The notes below the pieces were generated by a model, which did no database searches, had not been told where the DNA came from, and saw only the letters and a list, made by a program, of their open reading frames with translations. From positions 1 to 61,405 of the forward strand of contig JAMPHX010000002.1 of NCBI GenBank assembly GCA_023663205.1: a stretch of DNA of 61,405 nucleotides. The letters run 5' to 3'. The translations under genes were made by a program, and so were the position numbers. Each line of letters begins with the position of its first letter. Within the stretch, counting starts at the first letter, position 1. The DNA is from Corallococcus sp. GTDB taxonomy: Bacteria; Bacillota; Clostridia; Christensenellales; CAG-314. Shown here one piece after another: positions 6,802 through 14,736 of the stretch.

Positions 6802-7416
6802 TCAGCGTCCGCACATACAACTTGCGCAGTTGCAGCAAGCGTTGGCAAGCAGGCAGTCGCCGCAAGCGGTGCCCGTACAAGTGCCGTTACCGCTGCCTAC
6901 CGACGGTCCGCTGCTGACGGGGCGGGAAGTTGTACGCAGTTGGTCGGGACTAATCGAATTGGACGCCAGTATCTTTACAAGTTTGTCAAGACTGTCTTTG
7001 TAACGTTGATTATCCGGTTCTATTTGCAATGCAAATTCAAGTTGCTTTTTGCTTTCCAAAAACCAATTGCGCTTATAAAATATTACCGATTGCAAATAGT
7101 GCCACTCGGCATCGCGGCTGTCGGCGTTATCCAGCAAGTCCTGCGCTTCGTCGAGTTTGCCGTCTTTAATAAGACGCTGTATTTTACCGTAACCGTCGCC
7201 GAAATCTTGCGCGTCGGTTTTTGCAGACAAATTTGCCATAATATCTCTGTACGCAATTTCCAATTGCTGCAATTTTTCGGCGGCTTCTTCGCCATCTTCG
7301 CCTGTCAAAAATCTGTCGCGTTGATACTTTTGACGCAAGGTTTTGTATCTTTCGTCAACTTCTTCGCGTGTTGCGGAAGGCGTTAACCCAAGAAACTCGT
7401 ATGCGTTGTAATCCAT
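6802..7416 (-). CDS. J-domain (DnaJ-like) protein with TPR-like middle and Cys-rich C-terminal tail
   Basis: YEFLGLTPSATREEVDERYKTLRQKYQRDRF...LQQLEIAYRDI forms a J domain. The classic HPD is replaced by QRD at the corresponding position. The C-terminus is GNGTCTGTACGDCLLANACCNCASCMCGR. Confidence 0.75.
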   Translation of the reverse strand: MDYNAYEFLGLTPSATREEVDERYKTLRQKYQRDRFLTGEDGEEAAEKLQQLEIAYRDIMANLSAKTDAQDFGDGYGKIQRLIKDGKLDEAQDLLDNADSRDAEWHYLQSVIFYKRNWFLESKKQLEFALQIEPDNQRYKDSLDKLVKILASNSISPDQLRTTSRPVSSGPSVGSGNGTCTGTACGDCLLANACCNCASCMCGR

Positions 7417-7429
7417 ATAAACGTCTCCT

Positions 7430-8272
7430 TTAATATTTACCCAATACCTGTTTTGTTTTGTCGCGCAGCGACTCGTATATTACGTTGGACAATATGCAAG
7501 TGTATTTTGTCAAATTCAAATCGTTGTAGCATTGCGCAATGCGGTTGAGCGTTGCGTACATTACAAAACTGATTTCGTCCAAGTGATTGGTAACGTCCCT
7601 TTCGTTTGTAAGCGAAAAGCAACTTACAATTGCGTTGTACTGACCGCTTTTGATATCCTGCGCCACATCGTCCAACGCATCTATCAAGTATATCCATTTG
7701 CCAATGTTGTAACACAAATCGAAAATATAACCGTTACACTCATTTCCCAACATAACCTCTGCAAAATCCTTTGAAAGATTTGCAAACGGATGACATACCT
7801 TGTCAAGCGCACCGCAGCCTTCCTTTTCCAAGTTGCGCAACTGCTCGTAACGGTTTTGCAACTTGCCGTTCAGTACGGGCTCCAAATCTGTCGCTTTTAG
7901 GTAAGTTTTTTTCAAAGATTTGAGCGCGGCTTTCTTTTTGAATTTACCGCCGTCTACTACGTCGTCGTACAAGTTTAGATAAACAAGCAATATGTTAGCG
8001 GCGGCAAGTCTATCGCACAAAGATGTTTGTTTAAGTATGCTGCGCTTTTTGAAGGGATGTGCGATACAGCGCTCGCTAAGCAAATCGACATCTATATTCA
8101 AAAAACTGTGGAACAGCACATTGAAAAATGTTATGTCGTAGTTGACCGTCGCGCGCGGAGATTGTCCGAACAAACGCTTTGTGGACATACACAGCCCGCA
8201 CATAAATGTTTGATATAACCCTTGCTGGCCTTCTTCGAGTTTGTCCTTGGCTATATTTACATAACCGAACAT
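7430..8272 (-). CDS. Conserved hypothetical protein (MFGYV...CGLC N-terminus; resembles the DUF5685 family from memory)
   Basis: Intact ~280-aa ORF. Its ATG (8272-8270) overlaps the trpS TGA by 1 nt (TGATG). The family assignment is recollection only. Confidence 0.65.
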   Translation of the reverse strand: MFGYVNIAKDKLEEGQQGLYQTFMCGLCMSTKRLFGQSPRATVNYDITFFNVLFHSFLNIDVDLLSERCIAHPFKKRSILKQTSLCDRLAAANILLVYLNLYDDVVDGGKFKKKAALKSLKKTYLKATDLEPVLNGKLQNRYEQLRNLEKEGCGALDKVCHPFANLSKDFAEVMLGNECNGYIFDLCYNIGKWIYLIDALDDVAQDIKSGQYNAIVSCFSLTNERDVTNHLDEISFVMYATLNRIAQCYNDLNLTKYTCILSNVIYESLRDKTKQVLGKY

Positions 8273-9279
8273 CAACGGAACCTCGGTATAAAGCCTATTT
8301 TGCGATACACCTTGTCGAGCGTTTTTTGCGCAATGCAGCGCGCCTTTTCCGCGCCGTCTTTGAGTACCGATTCCAAATACGCCTTATCTGCAAGCAGACG
8401 TTGCTGCTCTGCCTGAATGGGAGCAAGCGTTTCCGTCACCGCTTCCGCAACCGCCTGTTTGAAATCGCCGTAGCCTTTACCCTCAAACCGCTGTTCCGTT
8501 TCCTCTACCGATACGCCGCTGCACAGCGAGTAGATTGTAATAAGATTGCTTATTGCAGGTTTATCCTCGGCAAAACGAACTTGGGTGTCGCTGTCTGTGA
8601 CGGCGCGGCGCAACTTGCGGTACACATCGTCTTTGCTGTCGGTAAGAGCAATGTAGGCGTTTTCGTTTTCGTCGGATTTGCTCATCTTTTTGGACGGGTC
8701 GGCAAGACTGCGTATGTTTGCCGCCGATTTGTTAATCAGCAAATCCGGCACGGCAAATGTCGGCGAATACTTGTTGTTAAACCGTATTGCAATGTCGCGC
8801 GCAAGTTCTACGTGCTGAATTTGGTCTTTGCCTACGGGCACCAAATCGGTTTGATACAGCAAAATGTCGCTTGCCATAAGCACGGGGTAGTTCATAAGCC
8901 CCATATTGATATTGTCGGCGTGTCTGCGCGATTTGTCTTTGAACTGCGTCATACGGCTAAGTTCGCCTATATATGCATTGCAATCCAATGCCCACGTAAG
9001 TTCGGCATGCGCGGGAACGTGCGACTGTATAAACAAAATGCTCTTTGCGGGGTCGATACCGCAAGCAATGTACAATGCAAGTAAATCCATTGTATTTTTG
9101 CGCAGCACGGCAGGCGTTTGGTTTACCGTAATGGAGTGCATATCCACAACGCAGTAAATACAATTGTAATCTTCTTGCAACGGTTTCCAGTTTTTGATTG
9201 CGCCCAAATAGTTGCCGAGGGTTATTCTGCCCGTCGGCTGTACGCCGCTAAAAACCGTCTTTTTTGTTATCTGCTCCAT
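8272..9279 (-). CDS. trpS: Tryptophan--tRNA ligase
   Basis: VFSGVQPTGRITLGNYLGAIKNW carries a HIGH-region variant and KMSKSD is the KMSKS motif. 335 aa is typical of bacterial TrpRS. Confidence 0.92.
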   Translation of the reverse strand: MEQITKKTVFSGVQPTGRITLGNYLGAIKNWKPLQEDYNCIYCVVDMHSITVNQTPAVLRKNTMDLLALYIACGIDPAKSILFIQSHVPAHAELTWALDCNAYIGELSRMTQFKDKSRRHADNINMGLMNYPVLMASDILLYQTDLVPVGKDQIQHVELARDIAIRFNNKYSPTFAVPDLLINKSAANIRSLADPSKKMSKSDENENAYIALTDSKDDVYRKLRRAVTDSDTQVRFAEDKPAISNLITIYSLCSGVSVEETEQRFEGKGYGDFKQAVAEAVTETLAPIQAEQQRLLADKAYLESVLKDGAEKARCIAQKTLDKVYRKIGFIPRFR

Positions 9280-9306
9280 AGAATGCCTCCGAAACGTATA
9301 TAGAGT

Positions 9307-9335
9307 ATTGTAACACTTACAAATTACAATGTCAA
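9307..9335 (-). promoter_or_regulatory. Sigma-70-type promoter of trpS
   Basis: The minus strand reads TTGACA-17 nt-TACAAT (TTGACATTGTAATTTGTAAGTGTTACAAT), ending ~28 nt upstream of the trpS ATG. Confidence 0.6.
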
Positions 9336-9374
9336 CAAGACTGTCGGATACGATGGTGTCAAGTTTTTGACGGA

Positions 9375-10745
9375 TGATTTTTCAACAATTTGATAAAATT
9401 TTCTTAATTATGCCTTGTGTTGGCGTTAATTTATCTTCTAAAATCGGAATACGGTACGTTCCGATGCCGACGTCGGATAGTATCTTGCGACGTTTCCGAG
9501 AAATTTTTTCTTGTGTTTTCCTATTTGTCCGAATTACCAAATTCAGAAAATTGCCGCCATTGTACATAAAACATCTCAATTGCGCGATGCGCTCTGCCCC
9601 GGCAATGCTCCACCCCATTGGACGACTTGACATACGTTTGGAAAGAACGTGCGAGACATGACCTTCCGCAGAACAAACAACTTCTTCGGAAAAATCGATC
9701 TCCGAGTAATTGTTGAACAGGTAAATCAAATTTTGTCGTATCGATGCGTCCGCGCCGTTGAATACCGCTTGCTGCATGATCGATTCCAATTCGTTCTCAG
9801 CCGAACAAGATTTCTCCTTTATAAGACTTCTCAGACGTATGTAATTTCTTTTATTCCCCGCGCTTGCAGCCGTTAGGCTTCGATACGCGTGGAATTTGTC
9901 TAAATGATATTTGGACGTTATCGAACCACTCCGTTCCCGCTTTAATCCAAGCAGCGCCGTCGCCGGACAGATGAACACACACTCGATTGCCGTATCGATT
10001 AAACACATATCGCGCCACTCTATCCCAAATGTCGTCTGCATCTGACAACGTCGAAAAATAACGCGCATTAATAAGCGCCGTTCGATTGCTCCCGGCATCA
10101 CGTCGCCCTTCATGAACATATACTAACTTTACTTCTGCATTTTTACCGTCGTTCAAATGAATATGATCCTCGTCCGCCTCGATATAAATCTGACGGTATT
10201 GCCTTTCGCAATTGTTGACAACTTCGCATTTTTCTTCGTCAATTTTATTTCGGTGCACTACGTTAAATGCGGTTTGACGCGAACAGCCGCTACGCCAAAA
10301 CTGCTCGATGCAGAATCGGATAAAATTTTCGCTTGCAAGCCGTTCTCTATGCGAGAATATCTGCGGATATTTAGCGCATCATCAACGGCAACAAAGTAAC
10401 AATCGTTTACTTTGTCGTAATACTGATTTCTGACAAGTTGAACGTTTCCCATTGACGTCAATAACCTTCTTGTCTGCTTGCTTTTTATCACAACGTTCGA
10501 AGGACGATTCCTTGAATAATCGTCCTCAATCAGTTTACACATTTGTTCGACAAAGTAACAACCGACACCGTTAACGCATTGTTGTGTCTGCTCCACTATA
10601 TCCTGTAAGTTCATTTTCTTTTGTGTTATCGAGTTCGCAATAAGCATTAACTCTTGTCGGGCCATTGCTAAAACAGCGTCCACAAGTTCCGTATTTTGCA
10701 TATTTTTTCTCCGTTTTTATCTAATTTTATCAAAATTCTGGCGAG
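9375..10745. mobile_element. IS remnant around the broken transposase (boundaries approximate)
   Basis: A candidate terminal inverted repeat is AATTTGATAAAATTT (about 9386-9400) versus AATTTTATCAAAATT (about 10723-10737). No target-site duplication was identified. Confidence 0.35.
9382..10701 (-). pseudogene. ISLre2/UPF0236-family transposase, split into three ORFs by frameshifts
   Basis: ORFs 10258-10701, 9851-10258 and 9382-10119 read consecutively as one transposase. Motifs are YIEADEDHIHL, SGDGAAWIK and HLDKFH. Two frame changes are needed to join them. Confidence 0.75.
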
Positions 10746-10952
10746 AACACAAGAAAAGAACGAATTAACGTCATAATTCGGGTAATTTATGCCAAATTTC
10801 GGTTTTTCAACCGTTTTCGACTACTTTTTTAATCATAAAGACGCTAAAACGACAAGAAGCACCGTTTAACGCCCTTAAAATTGTAAAATAAAAACTTTGC
10901 AACAAAAAAGCAAGCATTTTAAGTTCAAAATACCTGCTCAAATACCTAATTA

Positions 10953-11005
10953 TTGCTATCTTTGATAGCATAGATAGCAATGCTTGCTACGCTATCAATG
11001 CTATT
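10953..11005. repeat. Cluster of TGCTATC/GATAGCA heptads downstream of the VapD-like gene
   Basis: TTGCTATCTTTGATAGCATAGATAGCAATGCTTGCTACGCTATCAATGCTATT. It includes the palindrome GCTATCTTTGATAGC. The 15-mer TTGCTATCTTTGATA is repeated exactly at 12742-12756. Confidence 0.8.
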
Positions 11006-11009
11006 TATG

Positions 11010-11522
11010 TTATCTTACGTTGCCCTTACCATTACTGCGCGCTACGCCGTTACGCAAGTTTACTTGCTTCTTGCCGGACGCGACGTCTTTCTCAAACTGC
11101 CGAAGTCCAACAGATTTGTCATTCGGCGGTTCGTTAATATCTGCGGTTCTCTCCGGCGTCGATTTCTGCCTGCGCGCCGTCAAACTGTTACGCAGCGTAT
11201 TGACATCAGAACCGATAACGAATTGCGTTAAATCAAACGCTTGCTGATAATCCGTCAAATCGATTTTATTGGTACAAGACGGGAGCCACGGACAGTTTTG
11301 CATTAAACGTTCTATAATGTCAACAACTTCCTCTATGCGCATCTCTTTGTCAGATAAATAGCCCGAATACTGTCTATGCGCAAAACCGTGTTTCCGAAGA
11401 AACTTTTTTATGTCCGAATAACCGTGTTTATACACCTTTTGGGACTTCATCTTTTTGGTGTCTAAGTCAAAATTTATAGCGCGTCTAACAGGCGCTTCGC
11501 TTAACGAATTTTCCAATTCCAT
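11010..11522 (-). CDS. VapD-like (Cas2-superfamily) protein with basic C-terminal extension
   Basis: RRAINFDLDTKKMKSQKVYKHGYSDIKKFLRKHGFAHRQYSGYLSDKE...WLPSCTNKIDLTDYQQAFDLTQFV aligns motif for motif with Haemophilus VapD (AFDL...Y.DI...L.KFGF...QGS.Y...W...I...DFT.F). The ATG lies 4 nt after the upstream stop. The ORF is open from a TTG at 11549. Confidence 0.7.
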   Translation of the reverse strand: MELENSLSEAPVRRAINFDLDTKKMKSQKVYKHGYSDIKKFLRKHGFAHRQYSGYLSDKEMRIEEVVDIIERLMQNCPWLPSCTNKIDLTDYQQAFDLTQFVIGSDVNTLRNSLTARRQKSTPERTADINEPPNDKSVGLRQFEKDVASGKKQVNLRNGVARSNGKGNVR

Positions 11523-11526
11523 AATT

Positions 11527-11862
11527 CTATTGCGCGTACGCTTTCGCAAAATTAGGATAATTTTCTAAAGCATGGGATAGTGTGTCGGAATATCTCGTCG
11601 GTTCGTACCAAATCCATTTTTCTACAGATGCGGCAAACCATTCTTGATCACGCAAATAAACGTAACAAAACGCTATATCCGCCAACTGCTTCGGTTCCCG
11701 CTGCGGATTGCCGTAGTACATGCGCGAACTGTCTTCGAGTATTTCCTTACTGCAAAAGTGTTCCTCGAATATATCGTCTATCAAGTCCCACATTTTGTCT
11801 CTGTCCCACTTGCCGATACGCTCTATCTTGGCGTCGTCAAGTTTTATTAACATTTTTACCAT
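11527..11862 (-). CDS. Hypothetical protein (111 aa), candidate partner of the VapD-like protein
   Basis: Intact acidic, Trp-rich ORF tightly packed between the Bro-N gene and the VapD-like gene. Confidence 0.6.
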   Translation of the reverse strand: MVKMLIKLDDAKIERIGKWDRDKMWDLIDDIFEEHFCSKEILEDSSRMYYGNPQREPKQLADIAFCYVYLRDQEWFAASVEKWIWYEPTRYSDTLSHALENYPNFAKAYAQ

Positions 11863-11883
11863 TGCGCTGCTCCTTTGTTAAAA

Positions 11884-12729
11884 TTACTCGTCATTGTCGT
11901 CATCAGTCGGCGGAGTAATCTCCAATGCTTGTTTGTCAGTTGCGTTTAGCGGGGAAACAACTGACTGCCCCAATTGCTGTTCGATATCCGTGCGGGCATT
12001 TTTGGCAACGGTTCCGCCGCGCTTTGCAATTTGTTTGCTTTCCGTAAACGTTTCGGGCTGTTCTCTACGCGATATCGCCGTAGTAGTAACCTCGGCAAGC
12101 ATATTGAGGACGAGTTCGATATTCGTCATGTTGTCGCGTAAGTTTTCTTTGTGAAGTCCTTTTAACTGTTTGTATTCCGCTACAGTCATTCCGCTCCACG
12201 CTTTTGTCATCTCGTTTGTTAGTATAGCGTAATCTTTGTCGCGTTCGATTCCCCGCGATTTCCATTCGTCGGTAAGTTCCTTACGCATTTCGATTGTCTG
12301 CAAACGTTGATTTATCCAACCTTCGGTGTAGCCCTTTGCGCGATAGTAGTCCGCTCCGCGCAGTATCGCCTTTTCGGGGTCGGCAATCTCGTCCAAACGC
12401 TCGCTGCCTACTTGCGCTAACCACATTTTAAACGGTTCCGCCTTGGGGGACGGTATCGACTGCACAAGACGAAGAACGCCTGCGGTGTTGAGGCAGTCGG
12501 TCTTATAGTACTTACCGTCGGACGATTGTAATTTCAGTTGGTTACAATTTGTAACCAACTCACTACCCTCCTTTGCTAGACGGTTTTTTAATACCTTCCA
12601 ATAATTTCGCGGATTAGGACTGTCTGTTAATATGCCTACAACATCCACTACAGAAAAATACCAATCGTTTTCTTCGCCGTTCCATAAAGCGCGTATTTGC
12701 TTGTTCTCGAATACCTTTAACTTATCCAT
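11884..12729 (-). CDS. Bro-N domain protein, DinD-like
   Basis: The N-terminus VFENKQIRALWNGEENDWYFSVVDVVGILT...NYWKVLKNRL follows the Bro-N pattern. The length and the C-terminal KQLKGLHKENLRDNMTNIELVLNMLAE resemble E. coli DinD. Confidence 0.7.
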   Translation of the reverse strand: MDKLKVFENKQIRALWNGEENDWYFSVVDVVGILTDSPNPRNYWKVLKNRLAKEGSELVTNCNQLKLQSSDGKYYKTDCLNTAGVLRLVQSIPSPKAEPFKMWLAQVGSERLDEIADPEKAILRGADYYRAKGYTEGWINQRLQTIEMRKELTDEWKSRGIERDKDYAILTNEMTKAWSGMTVAEYKQLKGLHKENLRDNMTNIELVLNMLAEVTTTAISRREQPETFTESKQIAKRGGTVAKNARTDIEQQLGQSVVSPLNATDKQALEITPPTDDDNDE

Positions 12730-12742
12730 TTGTTTTAACCTT

Positions 12743-12803
12743 TGCTATCTTTGATATTTTTGCTATCAAAATTAACTGTGCTATCTTAGATATCTATGCT
12801 AAC
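12743..12803. repeat. Four TGCTA(T/A)C heptads at exact 18-bp spacing upstream of the Bro-N gene
   Basis: Heptads start at 12743, 12761, 12779 (TGCTATC) and 12797 (TGCTAAC). The array lies between the RHH-like ORF stop (12808) and the Bro-N start (12729). Confidence 0.8.
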
Positions 12804-12807
12804 AATG

Positions 12808-13459
12808 TTAGCCCATTAGGTCCTTAAACTTGTCTATTTTTTCTTTGTGCGCTTCTACTGTCTCTCGGAATAAATCGTTGACAACATTGTTTTGATTGCC
12901 GCCGCGCATCTGAACATATATGAGAAAGTCTTCCCAAATTTCGTCGTCAATTCTGAAAAAATGCGGCGAGCGCTGTACTTCTCTTGTTTTCGGCCCGGGC
13001 TTTTTGCGTTCCTTCGCCGGCGTTGATTTTTCTTCTGGCGACGAACCTGTATTGTACAGATCGTCAAGCGCGAATTGCTTTTTGGATATCTTTGTTTTCT
13101 CACATTAAATATAATATTTCGTCTGTAAGTAAACGATAATCTTCCGCAGCGCCGCTGTTTTTCTTGTAGTCCGAAACGGACATGTGTAGCGCTTGCGACG
13201 TAGGAATATCTACTGTAAATCTTATTGCCGTTTGAAATAGGCGGCTATTCAACTAATCCTTCGCTTGCCGTTCCAACACGGGCTCGAATGTTTTTGTCAA
13301 ACTTCTGCGCTTGTTATATTTTACAACCAACAATCCCATAATGTCAAGTGTCGGATTTATTTCGGGCGGCGTCAATATTTTGCGGACAAATTTTGTAAAA
13401 TACTTGAAATTTACTTTACAATTTCCTGCGCAGACGTTATTTTTCCGCCAATACGACAA
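12808..13459 (-). pseudogene. Decayed ORF(s) ending in a ribbon-helix-helix-like module
   Basis: The 68-aa ORF (13253-13459) is followed in-frame by TAG and then 50 more codons ending ...DEILYLM. A +1-shifted frame without a start codon continues to 12808 as ...RSPHFFRIDDEIWEDFLIYVQMRGGNQNNVVNDLFRETVEAHKEKIDKF, which is RHH-like. Confidence 0.35.
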
Positions 13460-13633
13460 TGCCGAGTCTTTGGCAAATACTTTTGTCAGTTAATGTTTTT
13501 GATAAATTGCATAACGGCAATCAATTTTCCGTTTAAAACAAACTTATGGTACTATTTGATGATTTTGACAAGTTTTAGACTAATACCGTATTTAATAAAA
13601 CAAGATTATTTAACAAACGGTTCAACAAATTTC

Positions 13634-13666
13634 ACAAAAAAATTAGCGGATACTCGAGTATCCGCT
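13634..13666 (-). terminator. Rho-independent terminator of rpmE
   Basis: Palindromic stem AGCGGATACTCGAGTATCCGCT (13645-13666, 9 bp each side of a 4-nt TCGA turn), followed on the minus strand by AATTTTTTTG. Confidence 0.75.
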
Positions 13667-13672
13667 TGATTT

Positions 13673-13876
13673 TTACATACCGTATCTTTTCTTGAACTTG
13701 TCCACTCTGCCGCCGGCGTCTACAATCTTTGCCTTGCCCGTAAAGTACGGATGGCATTTGTTGCAGATTTCTACCTTGATTACGTCGGTATTCTTGGTAG
13801 TACCCGTCGTGAACGTCGCGCCACAAGCACATACAACAGTCGCAGTGTGATAATTGGGATGTATACCTTGTTTCAT
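13673..13876 (-). CDS. rpmE: 50S ribosomal protein L31
   Basis: [27 protein letters not shown]...[29 protein letters not shown] is the canonical L31 sequence. Confidence 0.93.
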   Translation of the reverse strand: MKQGIHPNYHTATVVCACGATFTTGTTKNTDVIKVEICNKCHPYFTGKAKIVDAGGRVDKFKKRYGM

Positions 13877-13929
13877 GTCGTCACCTTATATCTGATATAT
13901 TTTGTCCTTATGGACAAGTCAGCCTAACA

Positions 13930-13958
13930 ATTATATAACTTTTGTGTACTGCCGTCAA
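13930..13958 (-). promoter_or_regulatory. Sigma-70-type promoter of rpmE
   Basis: The minus strand reads TTGACG-17 nt-TATAAT. Confidence 0.55.
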
Positions 13959-13968
13959 GCAATTGACG

Positions 13969-14736
13969 TTATTTAAGTTGCGAACCGCGCAAAGCAAAGT
14001 AGCCGCCTGCGCCGAAACCTGCAATAAATATTACGTCCCACATAAGTATCTTGGCAACAAGTCCGCCTTCGGGTGCGGAAACAAATAGCATTGACGAATT
14101 GAAGAAGGGACACCACTCCAAAGCGCCGGCGTCTATTTTGCCCGCAGCCACGTACAATGCCAAAATCATCATTATCATTGCGCCGACAAACACAACCACA
14201 ACCAAACTGAGGATTATTGCCCAAGCCTTCTTGCGGGTGATTGTCAAAAAGAACAGCGACATTGCAGACACCGCAACGGCATTGAATATTGCAAGTCCCA
14301 TGGAGATAAATATACCCGAAACAACCGTCTGCGCGTCAAACCCGCCGTAGCCGAACGATACGCCTATGAGGAATATCTGCATCAAAAGTTCGGTAAATAC
14401 AATTGCCAACGACATAACGGCAGAAACGATTGCATAAGCAAAGTAAATTTCTCCGCGCGATTTATTGGCAAGCAATGCGTTGCGGATTGTTCCGTCGCTG
14501 TACTCCGAACCGATAAACAATGCAACGCCTATTACTGCAAGCACGCAGCCGTCTGACATAAGCGACGCCGCATTTTGCCCGATAGAATCTATATTCAACT
14601 GTGTCGACGCAATATCTCCCAAACCTGCGGACGACGCTACGCTTATTGCCACAAGACCTGCGGCTATACCCATCAATATCCACAGCAAAGAGGTTTTTCT
14701 GAGATGATAAAACAAACTTCTGACTAACTTAATCAC
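13969..14736 (-). CDS. ABC-2 type exporter permease
   Basis: 255 aa with 6 predicted TM helices. It overlaps the upstream ATPase gene by 4 nt. Confidence 0.75.
   Translation of the reverse strand: MIKLVRSLFYHLRKTSLLWILMGIAAGLVAISVASSAGLGDIASTQLNIDSIGQNAASLMSDGCVLAVIGVALFIGSEYSDGTIRNALLANKSRGEIYFAYAIVSAVMSLAIVFTELLMQIFLIGVSFGYGGFDAQTVVSGIFISMGLAIFNAVAVSAMSLFFLTITRKKAWAIILSLVVVVFVGAMIMMILALYVAAGKIDAGALEWCPFFNSSMLFVSAPEGGLVAKILMWDVIFIAGFGAGGYFALRGSQLK

Noticed and set aside
8206-9084. Long plus-strand ORFs opposite trpS (292 aa). Similar ones lie opposite nagA (16334-17416), the SBP (23026-24045), uxaC (46017-47177), the kdgK/eda genes (52521-54705) and kduD (54860-56041).
   Set aside because: All lie antisense to genes with unmistakable homology. 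They have implausible amino-acid composition and no RBS or start context. They are shadow ORFs caused by codon bias.
9280-9381. A T-box or other riboswitch leader upstream of trpS.
   Set aside because: Only ~100 nt separate trpS from the IS remnant. The near-consensus promoter leaves a leader of ~28 nt, and no specifier-loop or T-box sequence (AGAGA...GGUGGNACCGCG-like) is visible.
10953-12803. The TGCTATC repeat clusters as a CRISPR array or integron attC sites.
   Set aside because: The repeats are 7-bp heptads with 11-nt spacers rather than 24-47-bp repeats with unique spacers. There are no cas genes apart from the Cas2-fold VapD-like gene, and no integron integrase.
12855-13103. An 82-aa ORF (MRKQRYPKSNSRLT...) and the opposite 62-aa ORF at 12920-13108.
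   Set aside because: The arginine/lysine-rich sequence looks like an out-of-frame reading. A different minus-strand frame gives a much more protein-like RHH-type sequence, reported above as a decayed gene.
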